A stretch of 64,000 bases of DNA from an uncultured Chloroflexota bacterium (lineage in GTDB: Bacteria; Chloroflexota; UBA11872; VXNJ01): contig CAZBZS010000009.1 in assembly GCA_964496475.1 (NCBI GenBank), positions 64-64,063 on the forward strand. The letters run 5' to 3'. The notes beneath the pieces are model-generated. The model did not search any database. It was not told where the DNA came from and saw only the letters and a program-made list of their open reading frames with translations. Shown piece by piece: positions 10,520-19,542 of this stretch. The position numbers and the translations under genes are program-made. Position 1 is the first letter of the stretch. Each line of letters opens with the position of its first letter.

Positions 10520-12751
10520 GTGCATAAGCCCGGCCGACCGACCGGAACTGCCCGGCGCCCGGGTCCCGGGCGCCCGATAATAGTCCTAGCAACCGTCGCC
10601 AACCTGCTGCTGGCGGCCCTCGTGGCGATGGTTCTCGTCGGCGGCCCGATTATATCCTTCAACATCACCAAGACCGCCAGTCTCGCTGGTTTGCTCCTGC
10701 CAGCGTCATACCTGCTGCTAGCGAAGGTTGCCCCCGGCGACCGGTGGCCACTACTGCAGCGACTGACCGTTACGAGCCTGCCCTTCCTTGCCGTGGTCGT
10801 CGCCGCCTACTGGAGTGAGCGGCTCAGCCACCAACTGGTGGCAACCGGTGATTGGGGCTGGCTGGTTCTGACCGCGTATGCCGCGATCCAGGTCGGCTTG
10901 ATCGCCCTGTCCGCCGGCATCCCCCGTGTTACCGAGGCCGCGCTCGGCGGCCTCTCCGGTATCGGCGGCGCTGTCATCATCCACGTTGCCGCCTTTCCGT
11001 CCCCGCTCCCTCCCTTCTGGGCTCTGGTCGGGTTGGTTGCCGGCGCCACTCTCGCCGTTTTCATGACCCGGCTGCCCCCGCGGCCCACCCGCCGGACCCA
11101 GTACTCGATTCCCTACCGTGTTCTGCCTCTCTCGCTCGCCTGGATCGGCGCGTCTGTAGTCGCATTTCCCGGATCCCCGCGGCACGAGCTTGCCTCGTCC
11201 GCCAGCGTTCAGGTTCTGGCCGTAGTGCTCACCCTGTCCGCCACCGGGGTTGTCGGACTGCTGTGGCATTCCGAGCGTCGCGGCATAGATGGATTGTTCG
11301 CCGCGACGGTGATCCCCCTCAAAGCGATTGGCCCGGTTGTGGTCACCGCAAGTTTGCTTGCCCTGGGTGCACTGCAGGCTGCATCGTATTCGGCCGTGAC
11401 CGCCGATGATCTCGGACGTTACTGGTCCGTGGCCGATAGCTTGCGGTTCTTCGGCACCTACCCAGTGTGGGACGTTGGGTTATTCGCCTGGATGGATCTC
11501 CCAATCTTGCCGCTGCTCATGGCTGCTTCGTTCCAGCTGCTCGGTCACAGTTACGCCTCGGCCCTCGCCCCAATAGCAGTAGCAAACCTCTTCTTGCCGC
11601 TGCTGATTTATGGCGCTTCACTGGCTTGGGGTGCCGGTCAGCGCGTGGCCTTCGCCGTTGCCGTGTTGGTGGTCGTAGCTCCGCCAATCCAGATTTATAG
11701 TCTTGGGTCGGCTGAGCCGGACGCAGTCTTCATCACGATGCTGGCCGGCTCGATGTGGTTGTTGGGAACTGGCATCCGGTCTCCACGCCGCATTCACTGG
11801 GGTCTGGCACTGAGTCTGGCTATCGGAGCATTGGTGCTGAGCCGCCCCGAGGGCATGCTGTACGGCGCCAGTGTCGCCGGCGTAGTTATTCTTGTGGACC
11901 GACGTCGGTGGTCGTTGTCGGTTCTGGCGGTCGCCTTCATCCTTGTGGCTCCCTTTGTACTGCTCAGCCTAGACCAGGTCGGACGGCCGTGGCCCACGAA
12001 TCGACAGGAGCTCGCCGTATCCAACCTAGCCAGTAACCTAAGCCTCGTGGCGGAGGTCACGTGGGAGAAACTTGCCCGGGTCGTTCTTCTCAATGACATC
12101 CGCTTTCCGATACTGGTCGGAGCGGCTCTTGCCGCGTTCGCTGTCGGTGCAGTAGTTCACATCCGCCGGTGCCGGTGGGTAGCACTTCTTCCGATCGCAG
12201 TCGGCGTAAACGTGATGGTCTCCCTCAGTGTGCCGGCTGACACTGTTCGGACAGATGAATTGGACGAATTCGTCCGTCATTTCGCCTACCCGATACCTGT
12301 GTTCGCCGTTTTTGTGGCAACCGGGTTGACGGAAGTCGGGCGGTTGCTTTCCACTATCTCTCGGGGGAATAGGCTATTACCCTTCGTCGGTCCTGCGTTT
12401 GCTGCGTGGCTTGTCGCCGGCAGCCTTTACCTCCTGGCAACACCGGAGGAATTCCATCATGGAGCTCGCAGCGGAAGCCTCCTCACGGCAGACATCTACG
12501 TGAACGCTCCGGAACTCTGGGGCCATAACTTGGAGCTACCGTGTCCGCCGTGTAGAGGCGAAGCCTGGAATTTTGAGGCGTTCAGGCACGGGTTGTTCGA
12601 CAACTATCGTCCCTTCGATGTTCACTCAGGATCCGACGGTGCTGCATATCAGACCCTATCTGGGGTCGCTGTGGCACTCGGATTCCTTGCTCTCCTGTCG
12701 TCTCAGTTCCGGTCGCTGCCATCACGCCGACCAACCACCGGCAACAGGTGA
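10520..12751 (+). CDS. GT-C glycosyltransferase of ArnT/PMT_2 type with ~290-aa N-terminal membrane extension
   Basis: 743 aa with more than 15 TM segments. The first-loop acidic motif …TADDLGRYWSVADSL matches ArnT DExRYAExxRxM but sits near residue 290 instead of about 40. The gene immediately follows the GT2 gene. Confidence 0.65.
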   Translation: MHKPGRPTGTARRPGPGRPIIVLATVANLLLAALVAMVLVGGPIISFNITKTASLAGLLLPASYLLLAKVAPGDRWPLLQRLTVTSLPFLAVVVAAYWSERLSHQLVATGDWGWLVLTAYAAIQVGLIALSAGIPRVTEAALGGLSGIGGAVIIHVAAFPSPLPPFWALVGLVAGATLAVFMTRLPPRPTRRTQYSIPYRVLPLSLAWIGASVVAFPGSPRHELASSASVQVLAVVLTLSATGVVGLLWHSERRGIDGLFAATVIPLKAIGPVVVTASLLALGALQAASYSAVTADDLGRYWSVADSLRFFGTYPVWDVGLFAWMDLPILPLLMAASFQLLGHSYASALAPIAVANLFLPLLIYGASLAWGAGQRVAFAVAVLVVVAPPIQIYSLGSAEPDAVFITMLAGSMWLLGTGIRSPRRIHWGLALSLAIGALVLSRPEGMLYGASVAGVVILVDRRRWSLSVLAVAFILVAPFVLLSLDQVGRPWPTNRQELAVSNLASNLSLVAEVTWEKLARVVLLNDIRFPILVGAALAAFAVGAVVHIRRCRWVALLPIAVGVNVMVSLSVPADTVRTDELDEFVRHFAYPIPVFAVFVATGLTEVGRLLSTISRGNRLLPFVGPAFAAWLVAGSLYLLATPEEFHHGARSGSLLTADIYVNAPELWGHNLELPCPPCRGEAWNFEAFRHGLFDNYRPFDVHSGSDGAAYQTLSGVAVALGFLALLSSQFRSLPSRRPTTGNR

Positions 12752-13018
12752 GAGCGGGTCGGTCGACGGTGAACGAACCGCGCCGACCGTCGGTTTCGGA
12801 TTGAATTGACAGGTCGAACGCTGGCTTGACGAGCCCGATCGGGAGTTAGTATCGCAGCCTCATCAACGGACACTGGTATCGACGGATCCGGAGCGGCGGC
12901 TCCCAATCTGCTCAGAACGTGCGGGCGCATAGTCTTTCCTGAGCGGAGCGGGGTCCCAACAGTCGTCGGAAACACGAAGTCGTTGACCTTCCAACGGGAC
13001 CCCGCCATCAGATGCGCT

Positions 13019-13204
13019 TCACGCACGTGGACACACTGGTTTTGCACGACCTCGAGGGCAACTGCTGGCGCCGGCATCACACGTCTGCTCTTTGGGGGTC
13101 TGTAGCCAGGGTTGGTCTGCAATGCCGAGGGCGTCGCCGCGTTGTTGATCGGTGGTGATGAACAGAATGTTCGGATAGTCGTTAGGTATGGTGTTCTGGC
13201 GCAC
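13019..13204 (-). pseudogene. sulfatase N-terminal remnant (truncated, frame lost after ~45 aa)
   Basis: The translation …PNILFITTDQQRGDALG… is a sulfatase N-terminal strand and metal-site motif. The ORF collapses after 61 aa and no downstream continuation exists in any frame. Confidence 0.55.
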
Positions 13205-13299
13205 AATCGGTAGGCGCTATTCTTACTTGATCGTACAGATCTAGCGAGTTCTGAATGTTCGCGATCGACTTTCCTCTTCATCGATCTCACTAACCGATA

Positions 13300-14664
13300 G
13301 TGCCACCCAACTTCCTTTTTCTCATTGCCGATGACCATCGGCACAATGCGATTGGTTCGTTGGGAACGCCTGCAGTTGCGACGCCAAATCTTGACGCGCT
13401 GGCAGCTGCGGGTACAGCGTTGACCCATACATACATCATGGGTTCGACCTCGGCGGCTGTTTGCATGCCGAGTCGGGCCATGCTGCTGACCGGACGAAGT
13501 CTGTTTCGGGTTTTCGGACCCAATCCGGGTAACGTTTCGCCATACCCGATGGATCCAGAGATACGAACGTTTCCGGAGCTTCTGCGAATGGCGGGTTATC
13601 GAACATACGGCGTGGGCAAGTGGCATAACGAACCTGGGCTGTATGCACGGAGTTTTGACGATGGCGGGAGCATTTTCTTCGGTGGTATGTCCGAGCACGC
13701 GGCGGTTCCGGTTCACACCTTCCATCCGCGAGGCATGTATCCGTTGGATGCAGCGACTCCCGGACGTGTTTTCTCATCCGAGCTGTTTGTAGATAGCGCG
13801 GCCGAGTTGCTCCGTACACATCCTGCCGAACGTCCATTTTGTATGTATGTGGCGTTTACGGCTCCCCATGATCCGCGCACGCCTCCACCGGAATTTGTGC
13901 GCAAGTATCCAGTGTCAGACATTGAGTTACCGCCCAATTTTGTCCCCACGCATCCGTTTGACAACGGGGAGTTGGGTGGACGTGATGAGCAGCTGGCGGC
14001 CCATCCTCGTGATCCTGACGAGGTGCGTCGTCATATTGCTGCCTATTACGGAATGGTCAGTCATCTCGATGCACAGATTGGCCGTTTGCTCGACGAGCTC
14101 GAGGCGACCGGTTACGCGAATGACACCATCGTCGTTTATACGGCCGACCATGGGTTGGCTCTTGGACAACACGGCTTGCTCGGGAAGCAGAATCTGTATG
14201 ACCACAGTCTGCGGGTTCCGCTCATCATCCGTGGCCCGGATGTGCCCCGGGACGAACGACGCGATGGCCTCTGCTATCTGATGGATGTGTTTCCGACAAT
14301 CCTTGACCTGGCCGGGCTGGAGCTGCCTGAGGAGTGCGAAGGCTTGAGCCTCTTACCGATGATCCAGGGGGCAGATCTGGATGTCCGCGAGTCCATCTTT
14401 GCGGCGTTCCAGAGGGATCAGGAACTCGGGGTTGAAGATTCCTTTCAGCGGGCCGTTCGCCAGGGCGACTGGAAGCTGATTGATACCCGGGCGGCAGGAG
14501 AGCAGCACAATCAGCTCTTCAATCTTGGGTCGGATCCGTGGGAGATGCGGAATCTGACAACTCAGGCAGATCAGGCTGAGCGGCTGGACGAGATGCGCAG
14601 ACTGATGATGCACTGGCGTGCTGTTGTTGGAGACACGCTGTCGGACGAATGGACGGTCCGATAG
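13300..14664 (+). CDS. sulfatase (formylglycine-dependent, C-x-P-x-R type), no signal peptide
   Basis: A GTG start is followed by PNFLFLIADDHRHN and then CMPSRAMLLTGR, the CxPxR formylglycine motif. An in-frame stop 2 codons upstream excludes any leader peptide. Confidence 0.85.
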   Translation: MPPNFLFLIADDHRHNAIGSLGTPAVATPNLDALAAAGTALTHTYIMGSTSAAVCMPSRAMLLTGRSLFRVFGPNPGNVSPYPMDPEIRTFPELLRMAGYRTYGVGKWHNEPGLYARSFDDGGSIFFGGMSEHAAVPVHTFHPRGMYPLDAATPGRVFSSELFVDSAAELLRTHPAERPFCMYVAFTAPHDPRTPPPEFVRKYPVSDIELPPNFVPTHPFDNGELGGRDEQLAAHPRDPDEVRRHIAAYYGMVSHLDAQIGRLLDELEATGYANDTIVVYTADHGLALGQHGLLGKQNLYDHSLRVPLIIRGPDVPRDERRDGLCYLMDVFPTILDLAGLELPEECEGLSLLPMIQGADLDVRESIFAAFQRDQELGVEDSFQRAVRQGDWKLIDTRAAGEQHNQLFNLGSDPWEMRNLTTQADQAERLDEMRRLMMHWRAVVGDTLSDEWTVR

Positions 14665-14875
14665 CGTGGTTCGCTTCCGGTGTCGCTCACCCGGCCAACG
14701 GGTTTCGTGTTGGGAGGCCGACAGCAGGTCCCGCCTCCCGGTCCTGCCACCCTACAATCCACTAGTCCTCCAGACCGGAGAAGAGACGGAGATAAGCCCG
14801 CATGGAACGAACGGCGATTTTGAGTACTGGTGCCCTTGCTACAGCAAGCTAGTAGCTGACTTAGAGGAGACCAGC

Positions 14876-14953
14876 GATGAGGTCTGAAATGTCCGATCGA
14901 TTCATGGGGGCGATCGTGGGCTTGGCGGTGGGGGATGCCGTCGCTAGCGTCTA
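14876..14953 (+). pseudogene. ADP-ribosylglycohydrolase N-terminal remnant (25 codons)
   Basis: The ORF MRSEMSDRFMGAIVGLAVGDAVASV* matches the DraG/ARH N-terminal motif R-x-GALLG-A-GDALG. A GGAGGAG ribosome binding site lies upstream, but no continuation exists in any frame. Confidence 0.3.
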
Positions 14954-15041
14954 AGTCCGCTAGAATCCCGCGGCTGGGCCCGACTGGCCACGACACCCTT
15001 TCCACGACAGCCCCTTAGCCCAAACGGACGGAGTCTGCTTT

Positions 15042-15854
15042 TTGCCTGAATCCGGCGTCCCCCGCGACGAACAATCCATCCCGGCGAGTCCTTTCGCGCG
15101 TCTGAATCACTTTCTGGCAGTTGCCTACCAGGTCCTGTCCACAAATCCGCGCCTGCTGCTCTTTCTGGGCCTGAACGCGGCGGTCAACATTGTCATCCTG
15201 TGGGCCTTCCTGGGCACTGTGGTGGACGACCCTGGCGGCGAACCGACCGCCGGCGACCCCGGGCTTCTGCTCGATTTCATCCGCTCGGCGGCACAGAATC
15301 TCCCTCTCCACTTCTTTCAGTTCGCACTTTTGGTCGCCGCCCTCGCGGCGGTTCGGGGTGAGACCATGACCGCCGGGGACGCCTTCCGCGTAGCCCGCGC
15401 GCGCATCGTGCCTGTCGTTATTCTTGCCCTCCTCACCACCACATTCGGCCTAGCCACGCAGCTCGTGACCGAATCTTTGGTCGAACGTGAAGCCGGTATC
15501 GTCAGCCTTCCCATTGTCCTGGCCTGGTTCAGCTGGTTCGCCATCGACCTCCTAGCCCTGTCCCTGGTGGCCGACACGAGCGGCAGCATGATGGCCTACC
15601 TGGCGGGCGCCGGCCGGCTGGCCCGGCGAGTCTGGGGTGACGTTCTCATCCTGGTCTTCGTTTTCATGCTCACGACCAGCTTCCTGGCCCCGCTTCTGAT
15701 TGGCGGCGTCGCGTCCGGCGCCGTGGGCGCGGAACCCTCCAGGCAGGCGGTGCTGGTCATCGCATCTATATCGACCATCGTCCACAACATCATTTTGTCT
15801 TTTATCTACATTTACGGCGCCCGGCTGTACATCTACGCGGTCACGGCTCGCTAG
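15042..15854 (+). CDS. hypothetical polytopic membrane protein
   Basis: TTG start with a GGACGGAG ribosome binding site. About 7 hydrophobic helices are present and no known motif was recognised. Confidence 0.55.
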   Translation: MPESGVPRDEQSIPASPFARLNHFLAVAYQVLSTNPRLLLFLGLNAAVNIVILWAFLGTVVDDPGGEPTAGDPGLLLDFIRSAAQNLPLHFFQFALLVAALAAVRGETMTAGDAFRVARARIVPVVILALLTTTFGLATQLVTESLVEREAGIVSLPIVLAWFSWFAIDLLALSLVADTSGSMMAYLAGAGRLARRVWGDVLILVFVFMLTTSFLAPLLIGGVASGAVGAEPSRQAVLVIASISTIVHNIILSFIYIYGARLYIYAVTAR

Positions 15855-15934
15855 CTGCCTGACTCCAGGCACCACCTCGCGCTTGGATTAGAATTGAAAC
15901 AAGCGTCTAGTAGTCGACTGGAACGGAGAAAATC

Positions 15935-16789
15935 GTGTTCGCAACTATTGGCCGGACCTGGGACATCATGAAGATCTGCTGGGGGGTGTTGCAAAAAGAC
16001 CGTGAGCTGCTGGTCTTTCCGCTGGTCTCCGGCGTGGCCATGCTGGTCCTGGCGGCGATCACGTTCGCGGCGACGTCCTCCAGCGGCGCGCTGCAGCGGA
16101 TCGAGGGCGCGGCGGGCAGCCAGTCGGCCAGCGCCCTGCAGGCAGGAGACATCGCCCTCCTGGCTACCATCTACTTCGTGGGCGCGTTCATCGTCATCTA
16201 CTTCAATTCGGCTCTGATAGGGGCGGCGATGATCCGAATTCGGGGCGGCGATCCCTCGGTGTGGGATGGCTTCGCGATAGCCAATTCACGTCTGCCGCAG
16301 ATCATCGGCTGGGCGATAATTTCCGCTTCGGTGGGCCTCATCCTTCGGATACTGCGCAACCAGGCCAGGAACAATATCGTAGGCCAGATCGCCCTGGCCA
16401 TCGCCGGCGGCGTCTGGGCTTACATGACGTTCATGGTCGTGCCGATTCTGATTATTGAGGGTGTGGGTCCGATCAAGGCGATCAAGCGTTCCGGAAGCCT
16501 ATTCAAGCGCACCTGGGGCGAACAAGTCGTCTCCAATTTCGGCTTCGGAATTATCAGCTTCCTGGCCATCGTGGTGGCGGCGATACCGGCGGTGTTGGTA
16601 GGTATGGTCTCGCCGGTGGCCGGAATCGTGCTGGGTGTGATGACCGTCGGAACAGCCGTGGTCACCGTCGCCGCCCTCGAGGGCATCTTCAAAGCGGCCC
16701 TCTACGAATACGTGGCCGAGGATGTGGTGGCGGAGGACTTCTCCTCCGACCTGCTGGGCGGGGCCTTCGTCCCGAAGGGCAGCCACTAG
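15935..16789 (+). CDS. uncharacterised polytopic membrane protein, tandem paralog 1
   Basis: A GTG start follows a GGAG ribosome binding site. Motifs IRIRGGDP, ANSRLPQIIGWAI and RTWGEQ are shared with the next gene. Confidence 0.7.
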   Translation: MFATIGRTWDIMKICWGVLQKDRELLVFPLVSGVAMLVLAAITFAATSSSGALQRIEGAAGSQSASALQAGDIALLATIYFVGAFIVIYFNSALIGAAMIRIRGGDPSVWDGFAIANSRLPQIIGWAIISASVGLILRILRNQARNNIVGQIALAIAGGVWAYMTFMVVPILIIEGVGPIKAIKRSGSLFKRTWGEQVVSNFGFGIISFLAIVVAAIPAVLVGMVSPVAGIVLGVMTVGTAVVTVAALEGIFKAALYEYVAEDVVAEDFSSDLLGGAFVPKGSH

Positions 16790-16904
16790 GCTCCGTCAGA
16801 GCTACATCCCGGCGGTAGAAGTCCGGCCGTCCGCCGACCCGCCGACCCGCCGACGTATAGAGTCCAGTCGCGTCACCTCTCCGCCCGCGACATCGGAGAC
16901 CCAA

Positions 16905-17750
16905 TTGTTCTCGACCTTCGGCCGGAATTGGGTACTAGTACGAATCGACTGGAGCGTGCTACGGAAAAACCGCAAGCTGCTGGATTTCCCGCCGGTTTCC
17001 GGCATGGCGATGATCACCCTCGCCGCCGTGACCCTAGCCGCGGCCTCTGCCAGTGGCGGTCTCGAACGTCTTGAGGCGGTCCGACGCAACGAGACCTCCG
17101 CCTCCCTGCAGGCCGTCGACATCTTGATCGTCGTAACGCTTTACTTCGCCACGTTCCTCGCTGCCATCTATTTCAACGCAGCCCTCGTCGGCGCCGCCAT
17201 GATCCGTATCCGCGGCGGCGACCCCGGCTTCTGGGACGGATTCGCCATCGCCAGCGACCGTCTGCCCCAAATCATCGGCTGGGCGATCGCCACCGCCACC
17301 CTTGGCCTTTTCTTGCTCCACCTTTACTCCCGCAACACATTGCCCGTGATCGCGGTCGCCATCGCCGGAGGTGTGTGGGACTACATGAACTTTATGGTCA
17401 TCCCCGTCTTGATCGTGGATAACGTCGGCCCGTTCGAGGCCATCAAGTGTTCAGTCCGCCTCTTCAGATGCACCTGGGGTGAGCAGATCCTTTCAATCAT
17501 TGGGGTTGGCTTCTTGAGGCCCGTGGACGTTCTAGCCGCCGCGGTACCGGCGGTGATCGTCGGCCTGCTGGTAGATCCGGTCGCCGGCATCGCACTGGGA
17601 CTCGTCAGCGTCTCCTCCACTGTCCTCACCATCATTGCGCTGGAAAGTATCTTCAGAGCCGCTGTGTACGAGTACGCCACCGGAGGATTCGTGACAGAAG
17701 AGTTGGCCTCTGACTTTCTCCATGGCGCCTTCGTCCCTGAGGCCCGCTAA
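16905..17750 (+). CDS. uncharacterised polytopic membrane protein, tandem paralog 2
   Basis: The track ORF starts at 16722, but alignment with paralog 1 and a GGAG ribosome binding site place the start at TTG 16905. Motifs IRIRGGDP, SDRLPQIIGWAI and CTWGEQ are shared with paralog 1. Confidence 0.65.
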   Translation: MFSTFGRNWVLVRIDWSVLRKNRKLLDFPPVSGMAMITLAAVTLAAASASGGLERLEAVRRNETSASLQAVDILIVVTLYFATFLAAIYFNAALVGAAMIRIRGGDPGFWDGFAIASDRLPQIIGWAIATATLGLFLLHLYSRNTLPVIAVAIAGGVWDYMNFMVIPVLIVDNVGPFEAIKCSVRLFRCTWGEQILSIIGVGFLRPVDVLAAAVPAVIVGLLVDPVAGIALGLVSVSSTVLTIIALESIFRAAVYEYATGGFVTEELASDFLHGAFVPEAR

Positions 17751-18181
17751 CGAGGGTCGGCATCGAGTAGCCGGCAGTAGAAGACCTCGGGATCGCCGGG
17801 ATCCAGGTTATCCACGGTGCCGCTTTCGAGATAGCCGAGAGACTCGAACAGCCGATGCGCCGGTGCGTTGGATCGGTTGGTCGAAGTGAACAGCCGGTCC
17901 GACGGGCACCAATCTTCCGCAGACTGCATCAGCGCCGTGGCGACCCCCCGCCGGCGATGGGCGGGGTCGATGGCCAGCATCCATACGAAACCGCGATCGA
18001 AGAATCTGACGGCGGCGATCGCGTACCCGACGGCCAGCCCGTCCTCGTAGGCCACAAAGACAGTGCTGCCGCGCAGCTCGTTCGGGGAAAAATCCCACCT
18101 CCGCAGAGCGTGCAGCACGCTGATCGCGGCCGGATCGCCAATCAACTCGGCGGCCGGAAACGTCGCGATGTCAATCGTCAA
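17747..18181 (-). CDS. GNAT family N-acetyltransferase (tandem copy 2)
   Basis: Carries the acetyl-CoA motif RRRGVATALM. Its stop overlaps the convergent membrane-protein gene stop (TAA/TAG overlap). Confidence 0.8.
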   Translation of the reverse strand: MTIDIATFPAAELIGDPAAISVLHALRRWDFSPNELRGSTVFVAYEDGLAVGYAIAAVRFFDRGFVWMLAIDPAHRRRGVATALMQSAEDWCPSDRLFTSTNRSNAPAHRLFESLGYLESGTVDNLDPGDPEVFYCRLLDADPR

Positions 18182-18627
18182 TTAGCATCGCCCGGTTCGT
18201 CCGAATCGTCCATCTCCTTGCTATAGAAGAGCTCCGGGCCGTTGTCGTCCATCTTTTCCAGCTGTCCGCTCCGCTCGTAGCCCAGGCTCTCGAACAGCCG
18301 CTGCGAGGCGACGTTGGAACTGAGCGTGGAGGTGAACAGCCTGGGCGGTGAAGCCAGCTTTTCCGCATGCCGCATCAACGCCGTGGCGACGCCCTGTCGC
18401 CGGTAGTCAGACTCAACCCAAAGCAGCCAGACAAATCCCCTACCCCAGAGATGATTATCGGCAATTACGCTCCCAGCAAATTTCCCGTCGATCAAGGCGA
18501 TATGCATGTCCCCCAGCGGCAGGACCTGCTGGATGAATGCCCGATGTCGGGGCGTCTCTTCCCGAATGTAGCGTCGCAGCGCCGGCAGCGCATCGAGATC
18601 CCGTTCGCGGACCGTCTTGATTTCCAC
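18178..18627 (-). CDS. GNAT family N-acetyltransferase (tandem copy 1)
   Basis: Carries YRRQGVATALM and is about 40 % identical to the neighbouring GNAT. An ATGA overlap with the downstream gene suggests translational coupling. Confidence 0.8.
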   Translation of the reverse strand: MEIKTVRERDLDALPALRRYIREETPRHRAFIQQVLPLGDMHIALIDGKFAGSVIADNHLWGRGFVWLLWVESDYRRQGVATALMRHAEKLASPPRLFTSTLSSNVASQRLFESLGYERSGQLEKMDDNGPELFYSKEMDDSDEPGDAN

Positions 18628-19301
18628 TAGGGCTCTCCTCCGAACGGACTCGCCAGAAAACGGTACCGCAAGAAGGCGTGATCCCCTATGACGCGGCTCC
18701 CGATTAGGCTCATCTCGGGAAGGTCGGTGATGGGGAAAGGCGCGGCGCCTTCGACCGCCGTACGCGGTCGCGCTTCGCCGTAAATGCGCGGGGAAACAGA
18801 AAGTAGCAATTCATCCGCCAGACCCTGCCCGATCAGGGCATGATTCAGCGTCGGCCCGCCTTCGCAAACGATTCGCCGCACCTTCCGTTCATTCCCCAGA
18901 TATCTGTACACAGAGCCCAAGTCGACGATCTCGCTGCCTACGCGCACGATCTCGGCGACATTCGCGAGGTCCGGTGCGATTTGCGCTGCCCGCGGGGCGA
19001 ACACCAGCACCCGAAACGGATACTTGCTGGACTTGAATATGGCCCCGTTGGGATCGACCCGGCCGGAGTTGGTGACTATACCCACGAGCGGGGGAACGTC
19101 CCGTCCGCGATCGCGGCGGGCGGCCACGATCACCGGGTTCATAAGGTTCCGGTCCAAGTTTATCCCCACGGTCTTCGCCCCACGCAACACGGCGTCGAAG
19201 TGGATCCGCAGTCGCCGGTAGGTTCGCTGATCTTGCAGTCCCCCGACTCGCGGGTAAGTCGAGGCAGGAGGCGAAATGGACCCGTCGGCCGTCATTACCA
19301 T
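18627..19301 (-). CDS. RibD C-terminal domain / dihydrofolate reductase-like family protein
   Basis: Matches the RibD_C family (…VCEGGPTLNHALIGQGLADELLLSVSPRI). The track ORF extends to 19394, but the family-typical N-terminus MVMTADGSIS suggests the start at 19301. Confidence 0.7.
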   Translation of the reverse strand: MVMTADGSISPPASTYPRVGGLQDQRTYRRLRIHFDAVLRGAKTVGINLDRNLMNPVIVAARRDRGRDVPPLVGIVTNSGRVDPNGAIFKSSKYPFRVLVFAPRAAQIAPDLANVAEIVRVGSEIVDLGSVYRYLGNERKVRRIVCEGGPTLNHALIGQGLADELLLSVSPRIYGEARPRTAVEGAAPFPITDLPEMSLIGSRVIGDHAFLRYRFLASPFGGEP

Positions 19302-19542
19302 GGTTATCGCCGCAAACGGCCGGTCGTCGCCGCCGGCCGGGAATTCGACTTCGTCGTAGACCCCGGGACCGGTGAAGAAATTGTTACCGGCCAAACGCCG
19401 CTCCTTACTGTGAGCGGGCGCGGCCCGCCCGGCGAATTCCGGGTCATGCTACCCCACCGGATCGCATTCGTTGCGCTGGAATCTGGTAGCCGTCTTATCC
19501 TTGGCGTGATCACGTCTTACAACCGACTGGACGCCTCGACTC

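Noticed and set aside
12703-13725. 340-aa minus-strand ORF overlapping the sulfatase gene
   Set aside because: It is extremely Arg/His-rich with no family resemblance, which is typical of an antisense frame of a GC-rich gene. The opposite-strand sulfatase has clear motifs.
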